A stretch of 63,935 bases of DNA, filler included, from Welwitschia mirabilis (taxonomy: Eukaryota), in assembly GCA_051453625.1 (NCBI GenBank). It is 4 parts of one record of this genome, joined end to end, with 100 filler letters (N's around TTAATTAATTAA, not from the genome) between each part and the next. Parts side by side here need not be neighbours in the genome. Positions count along the whole stretch, not along the records: positions 43,729 to 62,818 come from JBOZIK010000001.1; positions 62,919 to 63,935 come from JBOZIK010000001.1; 2 more parts are not named here. One strand, given 5' to 3'. The position numbers were made by a program, and so were the translations under genes. The first letter of the stretch is position 1. Each line of letters begins with the position of its first letter. Below, in pieces: positions 49,980 to 63,935 of the stretch. Below the pieces are notes generated by a model. It did no database searches. It was given only the letters and a program-made list of their open reading frames with translations, and had not been told where the DNA came from.

Positions 49980-52134
49980 GATGATATCTAAGAAGGGGGA
50001 GAAGAAAAATACGATTTTCAATAAAAGAGGCTAGAGAAGATAGAAATTAAAGGGAGAAGGAAGATTTAGTAGAATGCTTAGATTGAAAACATCACTATAT
50101 GCTTGCTATGGCAATGAATTTTAGAGATATCATTCCATTCCATTATGTTATCATTTTGCTAGTTTGTCCTTAGCTTGCACTTCATTGTAATCCATTATGT
50201 TGTATTGACATTATGCCACTGCAAACTTTATATGCAATTTCTTTGAGTTACAAATGTATTAATTTTGTTTACTAGTTTCAATCCTCTTTACCTAATAAAA
50301 TTCTTAATAATAGTTTTGATGTTTCTTACTTAATGTCAAATTTTCCTCTAGAGTATTAAAATGCAATTTTAGTTGTTAAGTGTAAATTTTACAAATCTTA
50401 TTTGAGAATGAATACTACTAATTGATTTGGTAAGTTTTAGACATAATCAAAAATAGGAAAATCATTAACCTAACTAGTTTTAATGTGTCAAACTTATCAA
50501 ATATAATGTTACATATGTCTAGAGGTCAAGATAGTAAGGGATCATTAAAGTTGACTGATGATTTTTGTAAGGTTAGAAGATGTCTATAATAGATGAGGAC
50601 ATATACACAAAGCAAAGAGGTCTTGGAGACAACTCAACTGAATTGTAGAAACTTCATAGAAGATGTCCATAGAAGAAAAATATGTCTTAATGGAACTAAA
50701 GAAGTTTCAAGGTTCTAGCACTAATTAGAGACGTGTACAAGATCATAAGGCATCTACCATAACTGAAGATAAATATAGAGAATTAGGAAATAGCAACAAA
50801 TTAAATACATCAGCACTTAGAGAAGAGCTCTACCCCACTTAAAGATGTCTACAACTTTTGAACATGTCTACAATGTGTCATGTCAAAAAATTAAGAGAGT
50901 CATTCCAAGCACTAAACCTAGCCGTTTAAGTAATGTCCAAGCCATTTACACACTAAACATAGTCATTTTGAATGCCATCCAAGCCATTTTACACATCAAA
51001 CATAGCAAATTTAGACATTATCTAAGTTATTTACAGGTACTCCTTAGAGAAAACCTTGAAAAAGAAATCAATAAATAGGGAAAATCAAAAGCTCAAGTGA
51101 GAAAGACTAGAAAAAAATAGATAACCTAATCCAATCACAAGAGGTGATATTGTACAATCTTTAAAATAATCTCTAGAATAGATTAGATAGATCTACTTTA
51201 TTGAAAGTCTTAATAATACACCGTAACAATAGATCTAAGGAAGTTATTATAAGGATACAACATTTGTGAGGGAAACAAGAAACTCATTACTCTTTAAGAA
51301 GAAAACTCTTACAATTATATTGAAAGATAAATGTTTTGGTCTATAATATCTTTTTACTTCTTATTTTTCCCTTATTAAGTAAGATTTTTCTTTTTTTTAG
51401 TCATAGAAGATTTATGTATTCCAATATTCTAACTTGCTTTCTCTATAGCTTATTATACTATAAAAGTGAAAATGCGTTTTTTATAGAATCTATATTAGCT
51501 TCACATTTCTGTTATAATTCCATTTTATCATCTGAGGGGATTTGTATTTTTGGGTTCTAATTTGGAATTCTAACATTGTAAATTATTATCTATGTATCGT
51601 TCTAGTATTTTGTTATGAGAGACCTTTTAATTCTAAGGTTCTTGATGAGCTTAAAACCATCTATTGATTGTAAGATTAGTGGTAATTTTAAAATCAGAAT
51701 TTAATTGTCATGTTAGTGATGAGCCTAAAATCATAGTATGTAAACCCTAAGGGTTGAGTTAGCTACCTTGTAAGGCAAAACTCTATTGTATTATGAGCTC
51801 CAAGGTTAGTAGTCAACCTAAAACCATAGTGAAACCTTGAGAAGTTAAGTTGGTTATCTTATGAGAAGTAACTTATGCAACTAAAGCTTTATATGATTGG
51901 TGGTGAGCCTTAAACCATGCAATTTGAGAAATGAACATGATATGAAGGTGTGTAGTTTCTTACCCTCTACATGTGCACTCTCTAAGTTGAGGAATCATGT
52001 TATATGATAAGATTTTTATTTTTGCAATTTTTTAAAATTCCCTTTATTAGCTATTTTTTATTTACCAAATTATATATTAGAATATTTATTAATGAACTTA
52101 TTTGTTCCTCTTATTTAAGTTTAATAATCCATCA
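49980..52134 (+). mobile_element. Sirevirus-like 3' end: multiple PPTs and 3' LTR (50463-52134)
   Basis: AAGAAGGGGGAGAAG (~49990), AAAGGGAGAAG (~50049) and the eroded terminal PPT CATAATCAAAAATAGGAAAAT (cf. CATCATCAAAAAGGGGGAGAT). The LTR aligns with 30341-35557 and ends in ATCCATCA. Confidence 0.7.
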
Positions 52135-55040
52135 AGGAAACATGCAGAATAAGAAGAGAGGAGTGTAGAAGGCCCAAAAAAGAACATAGCCAAAATAATC
52201 AAAAGAAGAGTAGCCAATAGAGATAGAATCAAGTCTCAAATGAAAAAGCCAATAATGTAAAACCATAGATTCCTATTGAGTCTGAGAATTCTTTAAGAGG
52301 CTTCTCTAATGAGGTGTATCCCCCAAGTAGGAAGAACAATATGTGTCTCCCTTCTCCGCCTCCACCCTCTTGATCATCACATCCAAAGCCCATAATGTAA
52401 AATGCTAAGCTTTGAAGTAATCATTCTTACAAATAATGAGTAAGAGATGTAGGGAAAAATGCAAAGAAAAAGGAAAGGGATAAAAATTCATTTCCTATTT
52501 CAAGCAAGAATGTAAAGAACCTAGGTAAAATGGACCAAAACGTTAAAGGAGTTTAACATTAAGAGAAATCATAAGATAAGCCATAAGAGTTTCAAGAGTA
52601 GCGAAATGAAAGAAAGTCACATTAGAAGGAGTAAAGAGAACATGCAGAGATTAGTCAAGCATAAGAAAAAGACAAATATTCCTCCCAACTATAGTACTAG
52701 TAGCAGTAATAGCAATATCATCTAGATTAAAGCATAGGTTAAGAACCTAAGACACCAAATTTAAAAGAAAAAGAAAGGAAGAAAGGTTTAGATTATATGT
52801 AGCCTAACATGAAATAAACCTAAGTGAATGAAGTAGAATAATAAAAGACTAGATAGACCATTATACTAAATTAGACCTTATAGTAGGGCTATTTATAAAG
52901 TAAATTATTAAAGCTCATAGAAGATTGGTGTTTTAGTGGCATTTAAACAAGCACCAGCACTAAAAGAAGAAGCTTCTAAAAAATACTAGTTAATTGTATA
53001 ATGCAAAGGATATATTAGGATATAAACATACTAGTGTAGCTCACCATTTTACCATAAGGACAAATTGATGAAGAGATGTGGAAGATGATGCTATTAGAAA
53101 CTAATCCTTTTTCTTTTTAAAAACCTGAAAGCCATATGCCATGAGATCACCTTAATTATATAAAAAGATGGAATCCTATTTTGTTAGTAATAGGGCTTCT
53201 TTCAACATTGTAATAAATTTTTAAGGCTTTTTATCATATTTTGTATAATGGAATATAATTGATCATTTTTTAAAATAATAATAATAATAAATAAAGTATA
53301 CTATGTAATTTCATAAATTCCTATAAGAAGATTTTAGCAAATTTAATGCATTAATGGTCCTTTCAAAATATGTATAATAAGCCATTTCTATAATCTATTA
53401 CTTCACATTCACTTTTGTTAGAATTTGTGATGTTGTAAGAAGTGTTCTAACTATTAAGGTATACATAGTAGTTTCAAAGAAATAAAATAGGTTGTGCTAT
53501 TATAGTGTAGTTAACTCTAGTTCATTCTCTTTTAGAGACTACACACGAATTTCGTAAACTACAAAGGTTTAGGAAAAGGATTTGAATATTGTTTTGAATA
53601 GAAAGAAAGTTGCAAAGAGATTAAGAGATCTAAGATATTAGAGATTCTCCTTTTAGGAATAAAAAATAATTATTTATAATACAATCTACTAAGTAGCTCC
53701 AAGATAATTGAAGGTATTATACTAAACATAAAATACATTCATAGAAAAGCAATAAGTCAATTTACTCCAAGTTTTAAACATCATGAAAGCAATGTGTTTA
53801 AAAATGTTACATCTTACAATGAAATGTAGGAAACATAAGGTAGCATGAAGGATGTTATAAACACTAGCATATCAAGCATATAAACCTTAATAATACATTA
53901 AAGAAATAGATCTAAATAATACATACAAAATAATATTCAAAATGTACTATTGCATAAACATTAATCATAATTGTATTAATGATGGAAAGATAAATCTACT
54001 CCTAAATTAAAGTGTATTCACCAATGATGCAAACATTAGAATAAACATCAGTTTAATATAAATGTAAATACTTAATCTTAGCATGACAAAAATCTCATAA
54101 ATCAATCATTTCATCATACTTAGAAAGACAGAAAGAAGTCATATAATCGTGTAATCAAACAAGCCCTTACCATAGCCATGGAAAATCTAAGATCTAAAAT
54201 AAGTAAGTTTCAACAAGATGATGGGATGACTAAAAATATATCCAATGATAACATGTAAAAATTGACATTTATTTTAAGTTATTAAGGCCAATTTAGTATG
54301 ATGAAGTGATATTTTTTATGGTTATATCCTTTTATTTTGATTTATATCATTAAATTCATACAAATTTAACATTTTGTATTTGCTAATGATCTTTGCACGT
54401 CTTTGATAGGATTTTGAATCATAGGCCATAAGATCAGAGATAAACTCCTTGAAAAGCTAGTGGCCCTAGTAGGATCACATGGCAACATCAATTAAGTTAC
54501 AAACCTTAGGTAATTTTTATATTTTGGGACATATGGCAGATGAAAAGATCATTTTAGAAATTGATGGACTCATCTAAAATTACTAAAAGTTATGCAAATT
54601 TTAAAACCTAATCCTAACCATAGTTTTTAGGCTAAAAGGATTTTTGGACCTCATTTTTAGAAAATCTTATCTTATGCTATTAGTTTTGAATCTTTTAAAA
54701 ATTAGATGAGCTATGAATATGCTTTATTTTTAATATTTTTCTCTAGGAATGAGCTAGTCCTCAAGGCTAGCATGACATTACAAGCTTTAGCTCAAGTCTT
54801 TCACCATTATGTAGATTTCATTCTATTATTGCTACAAATTACTATAGTTTCTTTAATTTACTTTTTTTATTTCAAATTATAAATGCTTATTCATAATTGT
54901 AATGCTTGATTTAGTTTGAAGAATATTAAGCTTTTTAGAAATTCTTAAGTGATTCTTCATGTGCATAGCTTAGCTTGTAGTTTAATTATCATTTGATAAT
55001 CTTTGGAATGCTTTCCTATTTTTCATACTTATGAAGTGTA

Positions 55041-55109
55041 CTATGGATTATGTCATCATGCTTGATTTTTAACTATGGGATTATGTCATCATGCTTGATT
55101 TTTAACTAT
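55041..55109. repeat. ~33-bp tandem duplication
   Basis: GGATTATGTCATCATGCTTGATTTTTAACTAT occurs twice. Confidence 0.9.
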
Positions 55110-57093
55110 TATTTAGCTAATGGGATTAACCATAGTATAAATATGTTATAATAAATACTAATGTCATTGTTGTTTTGATAATGCTAGATTATTAGAGCTA
55201 TGCTTCATTCCTAGCTCTACTTCTTGATGAATAACACTCTTTTACAATTATTGAATCTCTCTGTAATATTTATGAAATTAATTTTGTATTTACTTTACTA
55301 CTTTTTCTATTGCATTTATCCCTTAAATAGAATGATACTAGGACTACATTCAAATAGAAGTCTTATTATATCTTGGTAAAAGTTAGATTTAACTTTGTAA
55401 GATTTATATCCCTAAGGTTATTTAGATAAAAATAATTGAAAGAATTTCTACCATTTGTGCATTTGAAAATTTAGAATGGTCTTCCTTATCTATTGTTTTA
55501 ATCATCATTTTTAATAACATAAAATTATATTGAAGAATATTCTTCCTTACTAAATGATAAAAAAAATAAATAAAAAACCTCATAACTGTAATAAACATTT
55601 GAATTAAATATAAAAGTAAAAATAACAAAAATGGATCTAGATCTACATGATTTCAAAATTTCTTCATGAATAGTTTCTCCATTTGGTATCTTTAAATAAA
55701 TGAATTGTAATTTCTTTTTACAAGATCTTATTTAACTTATTAAGTTTTCATATAAACAAATACAACAATTTATTTCTGTAAGATAGTTCATTTTTAAATT
55801 TCTTTAATATAGGTTTGAAATGTTCTTTTTTTTATTTTTATAAAGACTCATTTGAGTCATCAATATAGAAAATTTCGCATTTCATGCCAAAAGAAAAAAC
55901 ATTTAAAGTCATAAATTTATTTTAAGAAGGACATATATTGGAAAAACTTTAATTTGGTAATGGGTATGAACCTCATCAGTAAGTTACTAGCATGCATTAA
56001 TGAACCATCTTTGTATCCAAATGAAAGTACAATAAATGAATTCTAATTGAATATTATGGTAAATCTAGATTTGAATATCATCATAGATGAAATCTATTTG
56101 ATCATGATTATGTCCAAAGAAATTTTCCAATGGATGAATAGGTGTCATAACTTCAACCTTATCAAAACATTTCTTTCATTTGTACAAAACACATTTCTTG
56201 ATAACATTTGAAGACTTTGTGATAAACAATGCCTAGTAAAGAATAATTTCAACGTAATTAATCTTTGAAATGAATTTTTATATTTCCTATTTTCAAATCC
56301 TAAAGATATGCTAGTAAAAATTTCTAGTGCTCCTTACTCTTTTGTAATAAGAGGTTTAACTATTATACAATGAAAACCTTTCATTTTTTATGGAAAAAAA
56401 TGTATTTGAATAAATACCTTGTAGTCCTTATCCTAAGATTTTGAGCCACTATTTATTCAAATGGATTGTTAATATACTAAAAATATTTATTAAAATAAAT
56501 AAATAAACAAAATCTAAAAACATAATGATTACAATTTACATGTGCATTTATGCAAATCATAGAAAATTTTAGTTTAAGAAATTATTCTTAAAGACTAAAT
56601 GGAAATAATTAATTTTTAAAATTAAGTTTAAAAATATTCATTTTTGTATTAATGATTAATTAAAAGGAAATACTTTAAATGCTTGAAAATCCATTAGCAA
56701 AGTTTCTTCTAATGATAAAAAATGTCTAACTTATAGTGAAAATTGGTAAAAAGTTAAAACCAAGAGTATTAGGAAAATGAATCAATTACAATATGTTGTA
56801 ATAATAAGACATTTATAATCCAAGACATTTTTTAACTCCTTTCTAAATAATTTAGAAGATAAGAAAATAAAAATGAAGAGGACAATCTGTAGAATAATGA
56901 AAATGATGAACACAAAAATAATAGTGAAAAAGGAATTGAGAACAATAATAATTGACTTAAAGATAATGAATAAAAAGGTAATGCATGCATCACCACCATG
57001 TGTAAGGACAATGAGTGCATTATCACTATAAATAATAAGAACAACCCTATCATGCTTACAGATAATAAGTGCACTATCACTACATATAATAAG

Positions 57094-58620
57094 TGAGGAT
57101 TGTTAAACTTGTAGGGGAGGGGTAAATGAGATCTAAGAAAAATAAATTCAACTAAAAATAAATTAAAAACTATCCAATGAATACCTCATTAGATTAACAA
57201 GGTTTCCCAACTTAGGTGCATCCACACATAGAGGGTAGCTTCCTATCACACCTCTAGATATTCTTAACCTACAAAAACAATGGTTTTGGAGCATCAACAA
57301 CCTTACATACAATATGAGATGCTCCTCTTAAGGCAACCCTTTCTTTCCCTTAAGGATATTTAATAAAACTATACTAGAAATATGCTTTCACGCACTTATA
57401 GAAGCAAATCCATGTAAGGTTTATATTACAATACAAAAACCATAGTAAGGGATCCTATGATAGAGAATAAGAAATGGATTATAATGAGAGTATTTAAAAT
57501 CTGATAGTCCTATGAAATAGTTCCAATAAATAATGGTAACAAATAAGATAACAAGACTAAAAATATCTCTTTAATGAAGTGCTTAAGTTTTTTCTTGTTG
57601 TTATCACCCAAGAGTATCAAACATTAGAGTAATGTAGCATTGTGAGAGCTAATGATCGAATGATATATTCAGAAATAGTCCCTTGCAAAAGATAGCTTGA
57701 AAGCTTTGTGTATAGTTTCAAACACCCATGCATTGAGCATTGCATGTGTATAAGACTTGTTTCTTTCTTATTTTCTTGTGCCTTGATATCTTTTTAATGT
57801 TGTTCTAGCTATTGCCTTATAAGATAACTATTTAAAAAATGTATCCACTATACAAAAGATAGAAACAAAGAGTTGAGTGCATAATAACTATTTTAGTTTT
57901 TGTAAACTTTCAAGATAGATTTCTCTAAGTGGTAGGCATCTCCTCTCATGCATATGTTTTCATCATGTGAGACATATCTGGTTAAACTATTCAAATTTTA
58001 TAAAACTAGAGTTTTAATTCCTCTAATCTGTTATGATCATAAATCCAAGATGTAAAACTTGATTACTTTTCTGAGATTTAGATAATTCATCAAAATGTAA
58101 TTTGTCTCTATTACCTCTTCTAGTTTAGTATAGATGTATTTAACTATGTAGACATCTTCCAATAGTCAAAGCAGTATAAACATATTTAACATGATACAAG
58201 TCTTTTATCTATCTCAGGTCCTTACTTGAGTATAGATGTCTTTGATGTAGTAGATGTCTTTTTCATAAACATATTCAAATATGCAAACTTATTTCCCATT
58301 AGACATCTTCAAATGTGAAAATGTATTTAGTATTGTGGTGTGTATTTATACAATCTCAAAATCCTTCAGGTAGACCTGTAAATCAAGTAATTTGTACAAA
58401 ACACACTCTAGTATAGATGGGAGTTTNNNNNNNNNNNNNNNNNNNNNNNNNNNNNNNNNNNNNNNNNNNNNNNNNNNNNNNNNNNNNNNNNNNNNNNNNN
58501 NNNNNNNNNNNNNNNNNNNNNNNNNNGATGTCTTTGATGTAGTAGATGTCTTTTTCATAAACATCTTCAAATATGTAAACTTATTTCCCATTAGACATCT
58601 TCAAATGTGAAAATGTATTT
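57094..58620 (-). mobile_element. Third Sirevirus-like LTR (minus strand), truncated by a nested Athila-like LTR
   Basis: Minus end CATTTACCCCTCCCCTACAAGTTTAACAATCCTCA resembles the Sirevirus ATTCACCCCCC..TCA terminus and the ends at 35557 and 52134. AGACATCT/AGATGTCT repeats at 58130-58610. Confidence 0.55.
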
Positions 58621-58718
58621 AGTATTGCGGTGTGTATTTATACAATCTCGAAATCCTTCAGGTAGACCTGTAAATCAAGTAATTTGTAGAAAACACACTC
58701 TAGTATAGATGGAAGTTT
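58236..58718. repeat. ~190-bp duplication flanking a 100-N gap (58236-58426 vs 58527-58718)
   Basis: Direct comparison; near-identical. Confidence 0.85.
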
Positions 58719-59969
58719 ACCAAAATGTCGTAATCCAACAAAGGCACTAGGCTTAGAGTTAGAGAATTAATTTGCAAAAGTATTTTTACTCTTTTTGTCT
58801 TATAAAAACTGAAAGGAAATAAACAAGTAAATGCAATGCTAAATGGAATTGAAATGCAAGTAAATAGAAATGAGAATGGAAATGGAAATGGAAATAGATC
58901 CTAATTTGATCTTATTCTTTCTATTACAAAAACTACTTCCTTTATAACTTATATCAATTAAAAAGAGTATTTACTAATTCTTAACAAATATAAACTATGA
59001 GATCTATCTAAGCAAGAATATGCAATATGTGATATGAAATGAAATGACATGAAATACAATGCAAATCTACTACTACTATTCAATTTCAACCTTAACAAAG
59101 GTTCCCCTTATGATTTAAATAAATCAAAGCTTTTCACTTAACGATGACCAACTTAAACCATACAGGACATTCACAATATTGAAATAAAGAGAAAATTGTA
59201 TTAATCCAAAGATAAATTAGAATAACATTCACTTATAATTAGAACAATAGCATCCTAATGAAAGAGACATAGTCTGACACCAATGGGACTCCTTTCTACA
59301 GCACGGGATGAATCTCTTACCCTTTAATCCTCTATTACAAGTATCAAGTACAAAATAAGAAGAGGAAATGAAGGAGGAAAAGTGTGTTTAGAGCTTTTCA
59401 TTGGAGGCAAAACCCTAAAGGCAGGAAACAGAAACCCTAATGAGCCACATGGTCATTTGACCCTATTTACAATGATATTTATTGTGGAAGTGTAAAAACA
59501 GTTGTCGTTTGAGTTATTGTCCACAAGATAGAGGGGACGACACTGCCTTAATTGCTTAGGTAGTATACCTATGTGATACTGTTAGCTCCATGGGTTGCTT
59601 ATGCATATTCCTTATGTTGTCATCTTGTCTGTCATTCAGATAACTAAGCGAACGATGCCCTGTCATCATGTGCTTCATGTGCTACTATCGGTGCTACTGT
59701 CAGCACCACAAGTTCTATCCACATTAGTAGTGTGGTCATCCTCTATGTCGTGGAAATGATAGTGGGGACAACGGTCTTCCTCTATTCTTTTCTCCAAGGT
59801 AAGCCAGTCTTCTATCTCATAAAGTCCTTCTTCCAAAGGCATAACAATGCTACCGCTAGTATCAGGGTACACAATGCTGAACCAGCCATCAAGTTGCTAC
59901 ACTAACATCTGCAGTATCAAAACAAGCACAAGAACTACCAAAAATGCTAAGTATCACATGTTTTACTAA
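58623..59969 (-). mobile_element. Athila/Tat-like LTR (minus strand)
   Basis: Reverse complement AATTCTCTAACTCTAAGCCTAGTGCCTTTGTTGGATTACGACATTTTGG...ATAAATACACACCGCAATA matches the LTR end at 37975-38125. Confidence 0.6.
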
Positions 59970-62320
59970 NNNNNNNNNNNNNNNNNNNNNNNNNNNNNNN
60001 NNNNNNNNNNNNNNNNNNNNNNNNNNNNNNNNNNNNNNNNNNNNNNNNNNNNNNNNNNNNNNNNNNNNNNNNNNNNNNNNNNNNNNNNNNNNNNNNNNNN
60101 NNNNNNNNNNNNNNNNNNNNNNNNNNNNNNNNNNNNNNNNNNNNNNNNNNNNNNNNNNNNNNNNNNNNNNNNNNNNNNNNNNNNNNNNNNNNNNNNNNNN
60201 NNNNNNNNNNNNNNNNNNNNNNNNNNNNNNNNNNNNNNNNNNNNNNNNNNNNNNNNNNNNNNNNNNNNNNNNNNNNNNNNNNNNNNNNNNNNNNNNNNNN
60301 NNNNNNNNNNNNNNNNNNNNNNNNNNNNNNNNNNNNNNNNNNNNNNNNNNNNNNNNNNNNNNNNNNNNNNNNNNNNNNNNNNNNNNNNNNNNNNNNNNNN
60401 NNNNNNNNNNNNNNNNNNNNNNNNNNNNNNNNNNNNNNNNNNNNNNNNNNNNNNNNNNNNNNNNNNNNNNNNNNNNNNNNNNNNNNNNNNNNNNNNNNNN
60501 NNNNNNNNNNNNNNNNNNNNNNNNNNNNNNNNNNNNNNNNNNNNNNNNNNNNNNNNNNNNNNNNNNNNNNNNNNNNNNNNNNNNNNNNNNNNNNNNNNNN
60601 NNNNNNNNNNNNNNNNNNNNNNNNNNNNNNNNNNNNNNNNNNNNNNNNNNNNNNNNNNNNNNNNNNNNNNNNNNNNNNNNNNNNNNNNNNNNNNNNNNNN
60701 NNNNNNNNNNNNNNNNNNNNNNNNNNNNNNNNNNNNNNNNNNNNNNNNNNNNNNNNNNNNNNNNNNNNNNNNNNNNNNNNNNNNNNNNNNNNNNNNNNNN
60801 NNNNNNNNNNNNNNNNNCAAAGTAAGCGATTAACTAGATTACGAGTCATTTTGTCTAAGATAAAAACAATGTTTGCAAGATGTAAGTTGAGTTTATAGAA
60901 AATGATATCATCAATAAGTAATTAATACAAGTGCTAGAAAAAAAAATTCCTAAGCCTCTTACTTAAGCATGTCACTACAGAATAAATGCAATATATATAA
61001 AGAAATCATAAAATATAACTTGATAGCTCATAAAAGTGAAGTTGTGTATGCATAATATAGGATAATGACAATGGACTATAGTAAAAGCTTAAGTAATTCT
61101 ATTTCAGAACATGNNNNNNNNNNNNNNNNNNNNNNNNNNNNNNNNNNNNNNNNNNNNNNNNNNNNNNNNNNNNNNNNNNNNNNNNNNNNNNNNNNNNNNN
61201 NNNNNNNNNNNNNNNNNNNNNNNNNNNNNNNNNNNNNNNNNNNNNNNNNNNNNNNNNNNNNNNNNNNNNNNNNNNNNNNNNNNNNNNNNNNNNNNNNNNN
61301 NNNNNNNNNNNNNNNNNNNNNNNNNNNNNNNNNNNNNNNNNNNNNNNNNNNNNNNNNNNNNNNNNNNNNNNNNNNNNNNNNNNNNNNNNNNNNNNNNNNN
61401 NNNNNNNNNNNNNNNNNNNNNNNNNNNNNNNNNNNNNNNNNNNNNNNNNNNNNNNNNNNNNNNNNNNNNNNNNNNNNNNNNNNNNNNNNNNNNNNNNNNN
61501 NNNNNNNNNNNNNNNNNNNNNNNNNNNNNNNNNNNNNNNNNNNNNNNNNNNNNNNNNNNNNNNNNNNNNNNNNNNNNNNNNNNNNNNNNNNNNNNNNNNN
61601 NNNNNNNNNNNNNNNNNNNNNNNNNNNNNNNNNNNNNNNNNNNNNNNNNNNNNNNNNNNNNNNNNNNNNNNNNNNNNNNNNNNNNNNNNNNNNNNNNNNN
61701 NNNNNNNNNNNNNNNNNNNNNNNNNNNNNNNNNNNNNNNNNNNNNNNNNNNNNNNNNNNNNNNNNNNNNNNNNNNNNNNNNNNNNNNNNNNNNNNNNNNN
61801 NNNNNNNNNNNNNNNNNNNNNNNNNNNNNNNNNNNNNNNNNNNNNNNNNNNNNNNNNNNNNNNNNNNNNNNNNNNNNNNNNNNNNNNNNNNNNNNNNNNN
61901 NNNNNNNNNNNNNNNNNNNNNNNNNNNNNNNNNNNNNNNNNNNNNNNNNNNNNNNNNNNNNNNNNNNNNNNNNNNNNNNNNNNNNNNNNNNNNNNNNNNN
62001 NNNNTAGGAACTTACAAGCTATCATGTCAAAACAAACACTAAAATCCAGAAAGTAGATTGATCATGTGGAAGTACTAGAAATAAATAAAGAAAAGTGATT
62101 TATTTTTCCATGATGAGGGGAGTGCAACCACTGTTAAAGGAGTAAGGACCCATATAGCATGGCCAACTAACCCCCAAGTGGAGTTTCCACAACTACCATA
62201 TCGCACTGCCAAAGGCCACTCTCAAGAATATTTACCCCGGTGCACTTGTGGTAGGACATTATGATTATCATGTTTAGACAGATATAACATGAAAGAGCAT
62301 GGTAGTTCTTTTCCTTTTCT

Positions 62321-62350
62321 TTTCTTCTTCTTCTTCTTCTTCTTCTTCTT
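62321..62350. repeat. (TTC)n microsatellite
   Basis: Seen directly; explains the poly-K in ORF 62222..62443. Confidence 0.9.
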
Positions 62351-63704
62351 TTTTGAATTTATATCATTTGACATGATCAAATATTTATAAGGATAAAAGT
62401 GAAGAAATGAGATGAGTAAGAAAATAAGTTCCTGCAAAAACAACTAATTACATCATTGAAAGACAACAAAAGAATCAAGGCATCTTTCTTCTGAAAGAAG
62501 TTCATAGACATACAAATGTTTGAAAATTGGATTAAGCTAATTTTATCATTATAAATGCCTAATTAAAATATTACTCATCATGGAAACTTTATGAGTAAAT
62601 ACATAAGTCTAGTTAAAGATGTTCAAGTGATAACATGCTATTAACCAAAGGAATGAGTTAAGAAAGAATTTAGTTAATGGCAAAATAAAGCTCCTCCTCT
62701 TGAAGAGGGGCTTCCAAAACAAGTTCTTCTATCATGTTCAAGGTTTTATCAGGAGATGATTCATAAAGTTTTAACCTTTGTACATTAATGTTTTGGATTT
62801 CTCTAGTGTTTAAATCAGNNNNNNNNNNNNNNNNNNNNNNNNNNNNNNNNNNNNNNNNNNNNTTAATTAATTAANNNNNNNNNNNNNNNNNNNNNNNNNN
62901 NNNNNNNNNNNNNNNNNNAACTAATAAATCAAAATTTTTAGATTTGTAAAGAATTACTAGATGATCATAGTAGTAGTACAAGAAGATCCATAATACAAAT
63001 GAGACTTTGTTATCCCTATGTTATGAAGGAAAGTTGAGTTCAGGTACTTGAAGTGATTATGGATAATGTAGCATACTAAATGATATTATAAATTTAGAAT
63101 AAACATAAAGCATGAATGTATTGAGACAATAGTGCATGAAATGTTTGTCTTCTTAAAGAAATCGAAAAGTTGTTCCAAGTAATAAATAATTTTTTCTATG
63201 AAAGGAAATGTATGAAATATAATAAACAAGTGGTAGACGCATGACGTAATTAATGGAGGTGACAATCTAGATAAACCTTAAGCTTTAGAGGAATGAACTA
63301 TAATATGATCTTATTATGAAGTTTAATAAGATTAAGATAATGAACATTCAATGTGTAAACTTGATTACTAAGAATAAACTATTACAAGAGGAACTAGAAG
63401 ATAATAAAATCTTTTGTAATGAAACATTAACCAAAACCTATAATAAAAGAATTAACTACTAGAGTCCATATTATCAAAGATCACATCTAAATAGTATCAG
63501 CCTTTGTAAAAATATTAATTAAAAAAATAGTCTCTTATAAAAGATAGCTACAATTTTTATTCTTTTTCATAATCTTGTACTAAACTAGAAAAAATGCATT
63601 TTTTGTGTTTTTTATTTTATGTAATGTTTTTATCCATGAATATAATCATATGAAATCATAAATAAATGATAAATCTCTATTACTACTTAAACCATCATGA
63701 TATT

Positions 63705-63935
63705 TCTTGCCGTGCATATTTATGAAAATGCTACATCCTTATTAAATCTTATTAATCACAAATATACACACAAATACAACATATTAATATAAATGGGAGT
63801 AAAGCCAAATGTTGTAATCTATCGAAGGCACTAGGTGAAAAGAAAGAGAATTGCATTTCACAATTAAAATAAAAATTAATAATGTAAGAAAAGTAAAGAC
63901 ACTATGAAAATGGAAAATGCAAATGTTGCAATGCC
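63705..63935 (-). mobile_element. 3' end of another Athila/Tat-like LTR, running off the window
   Basis: CCAAATGTTGTAATCTATCGAAGGCACTAGG..AGAGAATT matches 58720-58770. Confidence 0.55.

Noticed and set aside
1..63935. CRISPR array, rRNA, intact tRNA, organellar or viral insertion
   Set aside because: No repeat-spacer periodicity or recognisable conserved sequence was seen.

Overview
Plant nuclear scaffold from a gappy draft assembly, with many N gaps. It holds one protein-coding gene: a 4-exon LRR receptor-like (pseudo)kinase of the LRR-IV type on the minus strand (17193 to 12761; about 685 aa if exon 3 is bridged across the gap at 15136-15235). The gene sits in a CpG-retaining island (~12.4-19.1 kb). 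The rest is very AT-rich, CpG/CHG-depleted ancient transposon debris. It includes a nested Sirevirus-like Copia element (LTRs, PBS, gag, multiple PPTs), Athila/Tat-like LTRs with an eroded PBS, two Met-PBS LTR elements of one family, Copia RNase H, Gypsy integrase and probable LINE ORF2 remnants, and a decayed tRNA-Glu. The main oddity is a ~520-bp, directionally deaminated, stop-containing second copy of intron 2/exon 3 assembled inside the kinase gene. I see no convincing previously undescribed system. Most long ORFs in the track are N-gap artefacts. Family assignments rest on remembered consensus motifs and hand alignment, not database searches.
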